Origin: Deltaproteobacteria bacterium
GTDB lineage: Bacteria > Myxococcota > JACRCW01
Assembly: GCA_016218805.1 (NCBI GenBank)
Contig: JACRCW010000022.1
Location: 1-64,000 of the forward strand
Length of the DNA stretch: 64,000 nucleotides
Reading direction: 5' to 3'
Positions 54,916 to 64,000 of this stretch are shown one piece after another. A model generated the notes under the pieces. The model did no database searches. It saw nothing but the letters and a program-made list of their open reading frames with translations, and was not told the origin of the DNA. A program made the translations under genes and the position numbers. The stretch's first letter is position 1. Each line of letters starts with the position of its first letter.

Positions 54916-56103
54916 TCAGGCGTCTTCCACCAGCGCCACGCTGCACGGGTACTCCGCGCGCGCCCGGCGGAGGACCTCCAGCAGGCGGTCCCGCGTCCGC
55001 ACCACGCCGCGCGTGAACAGCGTGATGGACCGCAGGGGTGGGAACTGCGCGGCGCGGAAGCGCTCCAGCAGCGCAGCCTCCGCGTCCGCGTCCAACTCCC
55101 CATCCTGCCCCAGCCACGCCACGGGCTCCGCCCCGCGCCACATCACCACCGGCCGGCAGGCAAACAGCGCGGGCGGCAACCCCGGGCTGCTGCACACGGC
55201 CAGGTCCACCGCCTCCGCCGAGTGGTGGAAGGTGCAGCCGAACCGCCGCTTGTGGACAAACACCCCGTCATTGAGGACCGCGCGGGTCCAGCCCATGTGA
55301 ATCTCCGCAAATCCCTCCCGGACGGCGTAGGTCAGCAGCGCGGCTTCAAGGCGATTGTAGGGCTCGGTCAGCTGCGTCGGCGCCAGGGATTGGCAATGCT
55401 CCACGCCCACCTTCCAGTAGTGCAGCACGCGCGGCCGGTGCGGGAACGTGCACACCAGCGCTCCGCTGGCGGCAATACCCTCGCCCTCCTCCGTGAGGAG
55501 CAGGCGGCCGCTGCGGCGGAACTGCTGCTCCATCACGTCCATGGATGTGACGCTGGCCTCCAGGCCAAAGCGCGTGGTGGCGGTGGGCAGGTACATGTCC
55601 GTGTAGAAGGATTGGAACTCTGCGGGATCCGCTGAGACGCGCCACGGAACGCCCTTGCGCAGCGTGCGCTGCATCTTCTTGCGCGCGCCCACGGAACGGT
55701 ACTGCGCAAGCTGTTCCTCCATGTTGGCCCGCACCGGGAGCATGGCCTCAACAAACGGCGCCAGCACAGGCTCCCGCCACGCCGTCCCGGGCGACAGGAA
55801 CGTGTCCACCAGGCCCACGTCCACGCCGTGGAGATGGCCGCGCACGTGCCGGCGGTCCAGCAGGAAGCGCGCAAGCCCGTACACGCGGTGCGGCTCTCCG
55901 TCTGTCGCATCCGACGCGGCATCCTCAAAGAACATCCGGCAGTCGTTGGAGAAGCGCGCGCGCCCCACGTAGTGGATGGACAGGGGTGTGCGTGCACTGG
56001 CCATCAAACCACGGTGTACGTGCGAAACGAATCCGTCGTCGCGCAACAGGTCGCCTGCCGTGTCACGAGCGTGCCGCAACGTCTCGATGAGCTGGGTTTC
56101 CAT
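54916..56103 (-). CDS. FemAB-like GNAT-fold protein (paralogue B)
   Basis: EFQSFYTDMYLPTATTRFG and IHMGWTRAVLNDGVFVHKRRFG align with the 33457 gene. Confidence 0.65.
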   Translation of the reverse strand: METQLIETLRHARDTAGDLLRDDGFVSHVHRGLMASARTPLSIHYVGRARFSNDCRMFFEDAASDATDGEPHRVYGLARFLLDRRHVRGHLHGVDVGLVDTFLSPGTAWREPVLAPFVEAMLPVRANMEEQLAQYRSVGARKKMQRTLRKGVPWRVSADPAEFQSFYTDMYLPTATTRFGLEASVTSMDVMEQQFRRSGRLLLTEEGEGIAASGALVCTFPHRPRVLHYWKVGVEHCQSLAPTQLTEPYNRLEAALLTYAVREGFAEIHMGWTRAVLNDGVFVHKRRFGCTFHHSAEAVDLAVCSSPGLPPALFACRPVVMWRGAEPVAWLGQDGELDADAEAALLERFRAAQFPPLRSITLFTRGVVRTRDRLLEVLRRARAEYPCSVALVEDA

Positions 56104-56132
56104 GCTGCGCTCCACCAATGCATGGCCGCTTC

Positions 56133-56188
56133 GCATCGGCCGTGCCGTTTGGAAGACGGTTCACGCCACAGCGGGCACGCTCCCTGCA
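56133..56188. promoter_or_regulatory. Divergent sigma54 promoter pair
   Basis: Minus strand CGGCACGGCCGATGC (56147-56133); plus strand GGGCACGCTCCCTGCA (56173-56188). Confidence 0.6.
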
Positions 56189-56229
56189 GCGTCGACACGG
56201 CGGGACAGACCCGGACGGGAGCGGCAGTC

Positions 56230-57231
56230 ATGCAACGACTCGCCTTGCTGGTGGTGGTGGCTTCGGTGGCGAACGCGTGTACGAGCGGGAGCGTAGCCGA
56301 CGGAGGGACCGCAGCGGTCGACGGAGGAGCGGCGGGGGCCTCCTCCGGCGGCGGGGGGGCCACCACCAGCGAGGGTTCTACCAGCAGCGCCGCCAGTTCG
56401 GGCGGCGCGGCGTCCGGGGACCCCTCGTCGGGCACCACGGTGTCGTCGTCCAGCGCAGCGTCCAGCCGCGGACCCGAGTGCAGCGAGACGCTCGCGTGCA
56501 CCACCGGGACCTGCTGCACCGGGACGTGCGCCAACCTGGCCACGCACTTTGCCCACTGCAGCGCGTGTGACACCCCGTGCGAGGCGCGCGAGTTCTGCCT
56601 GGACACCGCGTGCGTGGCAGCCACCCTGGCCAACAGCTGCGTCACCGGCAGTGCGTTGCTGCTGCTGGACGGTTACCGCCCTGACGACGGGACCGCGCGG
56701 GCCATGGGCGCAGCGCTGGTGAGCGCGTGCCATCCCGCGCCACTGGCTCTGCTGGAAGGCGGCACACGGGACCCCGCGTTCGTGTCTCCGGACACCGGGC
56801 TCCCGGTGAAGCGTGATGAACGCCTGATCGTGACCGTGGGTGGTCCGTTTGTGAACGCCGTGGTGGGCGCCTACGAGGCCAGTGGGGTCGCGCCGCTGTT
56901 CTTTGACCGGGCCGCGGACCCGACGCTGCGCGTCCTGCGCGTGACCGCCACCGGAGACGTGGCGCTCCAGGTGGAGGATGCCGCGGTCACCATGTGCCAT
57001 GACTACTTCCTGCTGGAGGTCTTCCGCGACCCCGTCGACGGGCGCCTGGTGGTTGCCGCCTATGGCCTCTACGAGGACGGAACCCGGGCCGCGGGCGTGT
57101 ACTTTGCCCAGACTCTCATCCCACTCCTTGCAGTGCAGCAGCAGGAATGGCTGGTGGTGGAGTGGACGGACCCGTTGTGTGACGGACCTGACGCCACGGA
57201 CACGTTCGCACGGGTGTCCACGTCGGACTGA
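56230..57231 (+). CDS. Lipoprotein with Ser/Gly linker, Cys-rich module and unknown C-terminal domain
   Basis: Lipobox ANAC; CCTGTCANL...HCSAC motif; VTVGGPFVN segment. Confidence 0.75.
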   Translation: MQRLALLVVVASVANACTSGSVADGGTAAVDGGAAGASSGGGGATTSEGSTSSAASSGGAASGDPSSGTTVSSSSAASSRGPECSETLACTTGTCCTGTCANLATHFAHCSACDTPCEAREFCLDTACVAATLANSCVTGSALLLLDGYRPDDGTARAMGAALVSACHPAPLALLEGGTRDPAFVSPDTGLPVKRDERLIVTVGGPFVNAVVGAYEASGVAPLFFDRAADPTLRVLRVTATGDVALQVEDAAVTMCHDYFLLEVFRDPVDGRLVVAAYGLYEDGTRAAGVYFAQTLIPLLAVQQQEWLVVEWTDPLCDGPDATDTFARVSTSD

Positions 57232-57425
57232 AGCGCATTCTCCCGTCGTCTCGAAGCGAGACGGACGGGGGTGCGCGCCCCCCGCGGCAACAGCGTAAGA
57301 ACGCCAAGAGGCAGAGCGGTGGCCGCCGCCCTGACCGGGAGCGCATGGCCTCAGCTTTCCGAGGTGCTTGAGCGATTCCCGAGGGCAAAGCGGCGCGCGG
57401 GGCTTGATTCGCCACAGGATTCTGC

Positions 57426-57440
57426 TGGCCCGGGGCTTGC
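57426..57440 (+). promoter_or_regulatory. sigma54 promoter candidate for the serpin gene
   Basis: TGGCCCGGGGCTTGC. Confidence 0.55.
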
Positions 57441-57486
57441 CTATGCGGGCCGCCGTGCGCGCTTTGCGCACCCTGTGGAGGCAGTC

Positions 57487-58812
57487 ATGCGGCGTGTGAC
57501 GATGGGTACGGCGGGCATGTGGACGGCGGCGGCCTTGGCCTTTCTGGCGGGCTGCGGTGACGGCGGAGGCGGTGGCGGTGGCGGCAGCAGCAGCTCCGGG
57601 GGCGCCGCTCCCGGCTCAGAAGTCCGCTCGTCCCTGCCGCGGGTGACCTCGCCCATCGTCAGCGCGGACGACCGCACCGCGCTCGCGGCGGGAAACCGCG
57701 CGTTTGCCACCTCGCTGTTCCAGCGCCTGCGCTCCTCCGGCGCCAACGTGTTCTTCTCACCGCACAGCATCTCCGAGGCGCTGGCCATGGCCTACGCCGG
57801 TGCGCGCGGGACCACCGCCAGCCAGATGGAAACCGCGCTGCACTACAGCCTGGGACAGGCCGGCCTGCACAACGCGTTCAATGAACTGGACCTGGCGCTG
57901 GCCAGCCGCGGCCAGAACGCGCAATCCGACGCAGGCGTGCCGTTCCGCCTGCGCGCGGTCAACGCCACGTGGGGCCAGTCCGGTTACGCGTTCGAGCCGG
58001 CTTTTCTTGACGTCATGGCCGCCAACTATGGCGCCGGCCTGCGCGTGCTGGACTACGCCACGGATCCGGACGGCTCACGCCAGGTCATCAACGGCTGGGT
58101 CTCCGAGCAGACCGAGCAGAAGATCCCCGAGCTCATTGCGCCGGGCCTCCTCACGACGTCCACGCGCCTGGTCCTCACCAACGCCATCTACTTCCACGCG
58201 GCGTGGGCGGAACCGTTTGACCCCGAGGACACCGTGCAGCGTCCCTTCACGAACGCAGACGCCACCACCGCCAACGTGGACATGGTCGTCGGGCGGCGCG
58301 CGCTGAACGCGGGCACCGGCAACGGGTTCACGGGCGTGGAAATCCCGTATGACGGCCGCGAACTCTCCATGGTGGTGCTGCGGCCGGACGCCGGGCGCTT
58401 TGACGACGTGGAAGCGGCGCTGGACGCGCCCTTCCTGTCCGCCATCATCGCCGGCATGACCCACCAGGACGTGGACCTCAAGCTCCCCAAGTTCCGCCTG
58501 GAGTACAGCGCCAACCTTGCGGACACGCTGAAGGCCCTGGGCATGACGGACGCGTTTGATTCCTCCACCGCGGATTTCACGGGCATCACCGTGCAGGAGC
58601 AGCTGTTCATCTCCGACGTGGTCCACAAGTCCTTCATCGGCGTGGATGAGAAGGGCACGGAGGCCGCCGCGGCCACCGCGGTGGTGTTTGCGGGCAGCGG
58701 CGTGCCAACCGACGTGCTGGACTTTGAGGTGAACCGCCCGTTCATCTTCCTCATCCGCGACCTGCAGACCGGCGCCATCCTGTTCATGGGCCGGATCACG
58801 CAGCTGGGCTGA
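57487..58812 (+). CDS. Serpin lipoprotein
   Basis: Lipobox LAGC; NVFFSPHSI, LVLTNAIYF, LPKF, hinge EKGTEAAAAT, NRPFIFLI, ILFMG. Confidence 0.95.
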   Translation: MRRVTMGTAGMWTAAALAFLAGCGDGGGGGGGGSSSSGGAAPGSEVRSSLPRVTSPIVSADDRTALAAGNRAFATSLFQRLRSSGANVFFSPHSISEALAMAYAGARGTTASQMETALHYSLGQAGLHNAFNELDLALASRGQNAQSDAGVPFRLRAVNATWGQSGYAFEPAFLDVMAANYGAGLRVLDYATDPDGSRQVINGWVSEQTEQKIPELIAPGLLTTSTRLVLTNAIYFHAAWAEPFDPEDTVQRPFTNADATTANVDMVVGRRALNAGTGNGFTGVEIPYDGRELSMVVLRPDAGRFDDVEAALDAPFLSAIIAGMTHQDVDLKLPKFRLEYSANLADTLKALGMTDAFDSSTADFTGITVQEQLFISDVVHKSFIGVDEKGTEAAAATAVVFAGSGVPTDVLDFEVNRPFIFLIRDLQTGAILFMGRITQLG

Positions 58813-58818
58813 GGCGAA

Positions 58819-60054
58819 TCAGAACTCGCACGCGGTGAGCTGCCAGTTCAGCGGCGCGGGGTTGCTGCCCGGCTGCGCCCACGGCGGCGGGGTGGACAGC
58901 TTCACGGGTCCGCGGCCCAACACGTACCAGCCCACGTTGTCCTGGACGGACCCGCCAACGTCCAGGTGCTGCCGGATGCGCAACGCGCGCACGGTGCCTT
59001 CGGGCACCACCACATCCTCCTCGGCCTCCACCGTGACGGTGCTCTGGAGCGTCACCGTGCGGTTGATGGGACCCAACGGCGTCTGGGCCAGCACCTGCGC
59101 CTGCACGCTCTGGTTGAAGGACGTTCCGGTGGCCATGTTGGCGCGCAGCACATCCACCGGCGACGCCGGCGTGATGGAACTCGTCGTCGTGACGCCGTTC
59201 GCGGTGGTCTCCATCTGCAGCGCCACCTGCGACAGGACGTTGGATGCGCACTGGTAGTCCTGCGTCACGGTGGCGGTGTTGCCGTCCGCGTTGGAGCTTG
59301 TACGCACGCGCAACGCGGCCAGCGTCTCCATGACCTGCGTCCCGGAACCCGACGAGGAAGCGAGCGTGTACGTCCACGTGCGGCCCGCGGCGTCCACCGG
59401 CCACATCGGGTGGCATCCCGCTGCGCTGCATCCTTGCGGCGCACCCGCGTCTGGAACCGCGCCGCCCGACGACGACGAAGCAGACGATGAACCGCTGCCC
59501 GGCGGTGGCACAGCGTGCACGCAGCCGCCGCCGAAGTTCTCCGCGCCCGGCGTGGCCGCCGTCAGGTCCGCCACGCGCACGTCGCCATCGTCATCGCCGC
59601 GGCTCTCACAGTCACACCGGCGCGTGACGGCGGCGCGCGTGGCAGCGCCCAGCGTGAAGGCCAGCGCGTCCACCTGGACCAGATCCGCGTCATACAGCTT
59701 GAGCACGGCGCGGGCCGGCGTGACCGGGACGTCAAACGCCGCGTGCACATCCGGAACGGTGTTGCCCGGGCCAATGATGTTGTGCCGGCCGGGGTACAGC
59801 ACGTCGTCGTCACCAAACTCGTGGAGGGTGGTCTCCTGCCCATTGACCTCCAGGCGCAGGCGCCACCCCTTCAGCGGCCGGTCCTCGGTGCCGCGGTTGC
59901 AGACCTCCACCCAGTCCGCGTCGGTGCCAGAACCGTCACGGTGCGCGGGCGCCAGCTCGTTGAGGACGTAGGGCCCGTGCTCCGCCGTGAAGAAGCGGCA
60001 TCCGCCCGCCGCCAGGAGCGCCAGACCGCCAAGGACTGCCCGGGTTGCACGCAT
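58819..60054 (-). CDS. Lipoprotein with lamin-tail-like domain and C-terminal beta domain
   Basis: Lipobox AGGC; VLNEL...DWVEVCN...LKGWRL, ATPGAEN; C-terminal VVPEGT...WYVLGRGPVK. Confidence 0.75.
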   Translation of the reverse strand: MRATRAVLGGLALLAAGGCRFFTAEHGPYVLNELAPAHRDGSGTDADWVEVCNRGTEDRPLKGWRLRLEVNGQETTLHEFGDDDVLYPGRHNIIGPGNTVPDVHAAFDVPVTPARAVLKLYDADLVQVDALAFTLGAATRAAVTRRCDCESRGDDDGDVRVADLTAATPGAENFGGGCVHAVPPPGSGSSSASSSSGGAVPDAGAPQGCSAAGCHPMWPVDAAGRTWTYTLASSSGSGTQVMETLAALRVRTSSNADGNTATVTQDYQCASNVLSQVALQMETTANGVTTTSSITPASPVDVLRANMATGTSFNQSVQAQVLAQTPLGPINRTVTLQSTVTVEAEEDVVVPEGTVRALRIRQHLDVGGSVQDNVGWYVLGRGPVKLSTPPPWAQPGSNPAPLNWQLTACEF

Positions 60055-60097
60055 GGCGTCGTGGGTAGCGCCGCTCCACGCGCGGGGCAACCGCGCC

Positions 60098-61333
60098 TCA
60101 CCGCCCGGACACGCCGGTGCCGTCCCGGTACGCGCGCCCCTTCCACGTCACTGAGCCTCCCCGCAGCGCCGTCCAGGTGGACTTGAGCAGCAACGCGCAC
60201 ACCACGGCCGCCCCCAACGGCGCAAACAGCGCGTAGCCCGGCGGCTGCCCGCCCAACCTCCGCAGGGACGCCTGCATGGCCAGTGGAACCACGTATCCCG
60301 CCACCCACGGCAGCGGCGCGCCGGTTCCGGACCACGCAAGCCACGCCGCCACCACGCCGCAGAACGTGGGTGATGCGCCCAACAGCAGGGATGCCAACGC
60401 ATACGCCGTCACCTTGCCCGGCGTCCCACCGACGAGCCGATAGGCGTTCTTGGACCAGCCCTGCCACAGCTCACCCAGGGATTCGTACATGCGCGTGGAG
60501 CAGACCGCCTGCCCGTCCGCCAGCGCCACGCGCCGCCGCTGCCGCTTGACCAGTTCCGCCAGCGCCACGTCTTCCAGCACCAGTGACTTCACCGCTTCAT
60601 GCCCGCCCACGGCGGCGTACGCCTCCGGCGTGACCATCATGAACTGCCCGTTGGCCAGCACTGCCGCGTGGTCCGGGTCATTCACCTGTGACGGGCGGTG
60701 CCGCGCCGTGACCAACCCGCCAACGGACGGGCCCGCCACGTGCTCCCAGAAACTGCGGCACACCAGGTGCGGCAGCGCGCTGGCCAGGCCCAGTCCCTGC
60801 TCCTGCACCAGCTCCGCCATCTCTGCCACCGCCGTCGGCCGCAACACCACGTCCGCGTCCACAAACAGCAGCGCGTGCGGAGCCACGTCGTCCGCCATCC
60901 GGCCGCTCATCACGTTGTAGCCCGCCGCTTCCATGGCCCGCACCAGCGCGTGCGGCTTGCCGCACCAGCCCGGCGGCGGTTCGGCGGTGCCGCGGTACAG
61001 CGTGACGCGCCCCTCGCTCTGCTCTGCCACCTCCAACGCGCGCGCCGCGGTACCGTCGTGGGAGCGGTCGTCGTACACGGCCACCCGCAGGTCCACGCCC
61101 TGCTGCGCCACCAGGCTGCGCAGGCAACTGGCAATGCACGTCTCCTCGTCGCGCGCGGGCACAATGGCCAGGACGCGCGCCCGCTCCACGGGGCGGGGCA
61201 GCCGGCCCGTCAGGCGCGGCATGCGGCGGTGTTCGGAGCGCGTCACCCACGCGAGCCCCACCCAAACCAGCGCCACCAGCAGGGGAAAGTACGGCACGGA
61301 GACGTTGTAGACCCGCGTGTGCCGCGTCTTCAA
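60098..61333 (-). CDS. GT2 glycosyltransferase (CrtQ/HpnB-like lipid glycosyltransferase)
   Basis: VPARDEE, DDRSHDGT, PPGWCGKPHAL, FVDADV, ANGQF, LEDVALA, TRMY, VTWKGRAY. True start may be GTG 61297. Confidence 0.88.
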   Translation of the reverse strand: MKTRHTRVYNVSVPYFPLLVALVWVGLAWVTRSEHRRMPRLTGRLPRPVERARVLAIVPARDEETCIASCLRSLVAQQGVDLRVAVYDDRSHDGTAARALEVAEQSEGRVTLYRGTAEPPPGWCGKPHALVRAMEAAGYNVMSGRMADDVAPHALLFVDADVVLRPTAVAEMAELVQEQGLGLASALPHLVCRSFWEHVAGPSVGGLVTARHRPSQVNDPDHAAVLANGQFMMVTPEAYAAVGGHEAVKSLVLEDVALAELVKRQRRRVALADGQAVCSTRMYESLGELWQGWSKNAYRLVGGTPGKVTAYALASLLLGASPTFCGVVAAWLAWSGTGAPLPWVAGYVVPLAMQASLRRLGGQPPGYALFAPLGAAVVCALLLKSTWTALRGGSVTWKGRAYRDGTGVSGR

Positions 61334-61632
61334 AGGACTCAGCGCGGGCGTGTGCGGGTGGCTCCTGTGCGCGGGCCGCCGTGCCCTGGGTCAGCACCGG
61401 GCGTGTTGCTCCTACGCCGGACGCACCGCCAGGCAGTGAAACGCGCGCGTCGTTCGCTGTCTTCGCACCCGGGCAACAGGGTGAAATCCGTGACTTTCGC
61501 CTGTTCCCGTGAGCCACAAATGTTCCGTTCCGAAGCCGCGTCCCACCCAACCAGCAAACATCTCGCGCTATCGGTGCTTGTTGCGGAGAACAACGGGGCG
61601 CAGGATGCGTGGCTTCAGAAAGGGGATGACAC

Positions 61633-64000
61633 ATGCACCTCCGCCTGTTTGTTCTCGTTGTGGCCAGCGCGCCGGCCTTGGTGGGATGCCCGGACCGGTG
61701 CACGTCGGACGCGGACTGCCCGGGGTCGGGCGAGGCCTGCGTGGATGGGACGTGCGGCCCGGGCGGCGGGGGCAACACCTCCTCGTCGTCCTCCGGCTCC
61801 GTTTCCGCCTCATCCAGTCGGGCAATGACTTCATCCATGGCCACCAGTGCCAGCGCGCCGTCTTCCGGCAGCCGCGGCTCGTCGTCGGGCACCGCGACTT
61901 CTGCGGCCTCGCTGCCGGCGTCATCCTCCTCGTTGACCGCCACGAGCGATGGTCCATCTTCCAGTTCCGCGCTGGGCGCCTCGTCGTCCGCATTGTCTTC
62001 CACGGGGAGCACCGGACCGTCGCCCGCGTCGTCCTCCATGACGAGCACCGGCTCATCGTCCGCAAACTCCAGTTCGAGTGCCGGCGGCCCCTACCACGTC
62101 AGCGGCCAGTTGGTGGGCGATGCGGGCGTTGGCGTCGTGATCGCGCTCAACGGCTCCGAACAACTCACGCTGGGAGCGGCAGGTGCGTTCGCGTTCACCA
62201 CGGACCTTGCCAGCGGCGCAACGTACGACGTCACGGTGGTTGCCAGGCCGCCGAATGTCGCCTGCACGCTCCAGGGTGGCTCCGGCGCCGTCAGCGGCGC
62301 CGACGTGACCGCCGTTGTGATCACCTGCGTCCCCTCCTTTGGCCTGTACGCGTCCGGTGAGGGCTGGAATGACTGGTTGGTGAACGATGGCGCCGATTCC
62401 CTGAGCGCGACGGGGACTGCATGCACCCGCACGCTTGCCGGGACCGGGTGGGATCCGTGTTTCCACGCTGGCGAAATACGCGCCCTGGAACTGCGCGACG
62501 TGCCGGATTGCGTTGGGGTCATGCTCACCGACGCCCTGGACGCGTTCACCTGGACGTGTGACGACACGGGCGGCACCGTCCGGGCCATCTCCAAGGGACT
62601 CAAAGACGGCCGGTATCTGTCGCACCTGCTGAACTTCACGGCGCCCGTCGGATGGAAGGCCAACAGCGTCACCGCCCTGCGTGGCGCGGACGCGTACCCA
62701 AGCACACCGGCAGCGTGGTGGCCCAACCCCGTCGTCGCCCAGTTTGCCAGCGGGAACCTCTCCCAGGCGGGTACCATCTACGTCGTCACCGAAGACCTGG
62801 CAGCGAGCTTCAATCTTTCGGCCGACCGGGTCGGCCTGGTCATCGCGCCGGGATTCACGCTCCTGGGGCGGGGCGACACGACGGACCCCTGCGTGGAGAC
62901 CACCACGTCGGCGGCGCGCGCGTTCCTGTGGGTCGAAGGGGACATCGACGCCACCGGCGACAAAGCGGCACTCAGCCTGCCCATGACGTCTTTCAGCGTG
63001 GTCCGCGGGCTCACCACCCTTGGCGGCGAATCCGGCGACACGGTCTACTTCCCCACGGACAACGGCCTGTTCGTGGACGCAGCGCTCACGGGCTCCCGCC
63101 AGGGTTCGCTCTGGCTCGACGGAAGTTTCGGCCGGGTCCGCAACGTCACGGTCACCGAGTCGGGGGTCAGCTCGACGGGCGGGGACGCCGGCATCTACCT
63201 CGGGGCGAATTTCGACGACAACGATGTCGCCGACATCTGGGTGCTGCGGACCGAGGGCAACGGAATCCACGTTGGGACGTCATCCTGCTGCGCGGAGCGG
63301 AACGTCTTCCGGCGCATTCGCGTGCTGCAGGCGGGCGGCAACGGGATCTCCATCAGCCACATGCGGCACAATGTCTTTGACGACGTGGTGGTCGCCGACA
63401 GCGGTGTGCGGACCCCGTCCACCGCCGCCGGGATCACGTTCGGCAGCTATGTCTACGCCAACGTGTTCCACCGGGTGCGCTCCACTTCCAACGGCGGGGC
63501 GGCGCTCTACCGGAACGGCTACAATCTGGTGTTCCTGGACAGCGTTCTGACCGGGTCGGACTATGAAGGTGCGGGTGACGAGCGCGGCGTACATGCCCCG
63601 GATGGGAGCGTATTCATCGCGACGACAATTGCGCACCACACGGGCGGCGGCGTGGACGTGGAACAACTCATGGACCGGATGGTCTTCATGGCCACCGCCA
63701 TCGTGGCCAACGGCGTCGGAGAATCGGGAGGAATATCTTCCACCGGGCTCTACCTGCAGGGAGACGACAACCGGTTCATTGACACGGCCATCACAGACTC
63801 TGAGACGCAGGACGTCTACGCCTCGCAGTTCGCGTCCAACGACCAATTCGAGGGCATTCTGCTGCTGACCAACCAGGCGACGAGTTGTTACGTCTCCAGC
63901 CTCGCCATCTCACCGGGAATCACCGGAACCTGCACGGGTGCTGCGGGCACGGTGACGTTCGGCTCGGCCGCGGGGTCTTTCGTCGGTGCGGTGTCCACGG
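61633..64000 (+). CDS. Large lipoprotein: Cys module, Ser-rich linker, Ig-like domain, right-handed beta-helix (3' partial; absent from the ORF track)
   Basis: Translated by hand: MHLRLFVLVVASAPALVGC, CTSDADC, long Ser tract, VSGQLVG...YDVTV...VITC, then repeated GI/N ladders. Frame appears open to the window end. Confidence 0.8.
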   Translation, partial: MHLRLFVLVVASAPALVGCPDRCTSDADCPGSGEACVDGTCGPGGGGNTSSSSSGSVSASSSRAMTSSMATSASAPSSGSRGSSSGTATSAASLPASSSSLTATSDGPSSSSALGASSSALSSTGSTGPSPASSSMTSTGSSSANSSSSAGGPYHVSGQLVGDAGVGVVIALNGSEQLTLGAAGAFAFTTDLASGATYDVTVVARPPNVACTLQGGSGAVSGADVTAVVITCVPSFGLYASGEGWNDWLVNDGADSLSATGTACTRTLAGTGWDPCFHAGEIRALELRDVPDCVGVMLTDALDAFTWTCDDTGGTVRAISKGLKDGRYLSHLLNFTAPVGWKANSVTALRGADAYPSTPAAWWPNPVVAQFASGNLSQAGTIYVVTEDLAASFNLSADRVGLVIAPGFTLLGRGDTTDPCVETTTSAARAFLWVEGDIDATGDKAALSLPMTSFSVVRGLTTLGGESGDTVYFPTDNGLFVDAALTGSRQGSLWLDGSFGRVRNVTVTESGVSSTGGDAGIYLGANFDDNDVADIWVLRTEGNGIHVGTSSCCAERNVFRRIRVLQAGGNGISISHMRHNVFDDVVVADSGVRTPSTAAGITFGSYVYANVFHRVRSTSNGGAALYRNGYNLVFLDSVLTGSDYEGAGDERGVHAPDGSVFIATTIAHHTGGGVDVEQLMDRMVFMATAIVANGVGESGGISSTGLYLQGDDNRFIDTAITDSETQDVYASQFASNDQFEGILLLTNQATSCYVSSLAISPGITGTCTGAAGTVTFGSAAGSFVGAVST

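Noticed and set aside
57242..57269. Hairpin after the 56230 gene as an intrinsic terminator
   Set aside because: No U-tract follows; ambiguous with the GTCTC palindrome, so not called.

Overview
GC-rich bacterial window that looks like Myxococcota or a related deltaproteobacterium, judging from its many Cys-rich and Ser/Gly-linker lipoproteins, myxobacterial-type eps genes and frequent sigma54 promoters. All calls come from motif recognition by eye; no database searches were run. Four zones: (1) 1-10.7 kb, core genes (fur, Cys-less TlpA-like protein, cytochrome c, HAD hydrolase, meaB, dnaJ, lipoproteins). (2) 10.8-20.1 kb, an initiator tRNA-Met acting as an integration hotspot. It carries an apparently intact 8,069-bp element (tyrosine integrase, HEPN plus small partner, double-HTH repressor, Xis, an IS91-transposase-like HUH protein in the Rep position, Cys-rich lipoprotein, exported HNH nuclease) and then a decayed sibling element that retains only a RelE/ParE toxin-antitoxin pair. 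(3) 20.2-24.4 kb, a lipoprotein / secreted protein / FHA-ABC transporter operon. (4) 24.4-56.1 kb, a Wzx/Wzy exopolysaccharide locus resembling the Myxococcus eps pathway, plus a NadE-like/AsnB/acyl-CoA ligase/ACP module, five hexapeptide acyltransferase domains, an ATP-grasp enzyme, two paralogous FemAB-like GNATs, a phosphorelay and a sigma54 activator with visible -24/-12 promoters; it is followed by secreted and lipoprotein genes (serpin, LTD protein, beta-helix protein running off the end). Best candidates for undescribed biology are the tRNA-integrated element apparently replicated or mobilised by an IS91-like HUH enzyme, and the ACP-dependent EPS-tailoring module.
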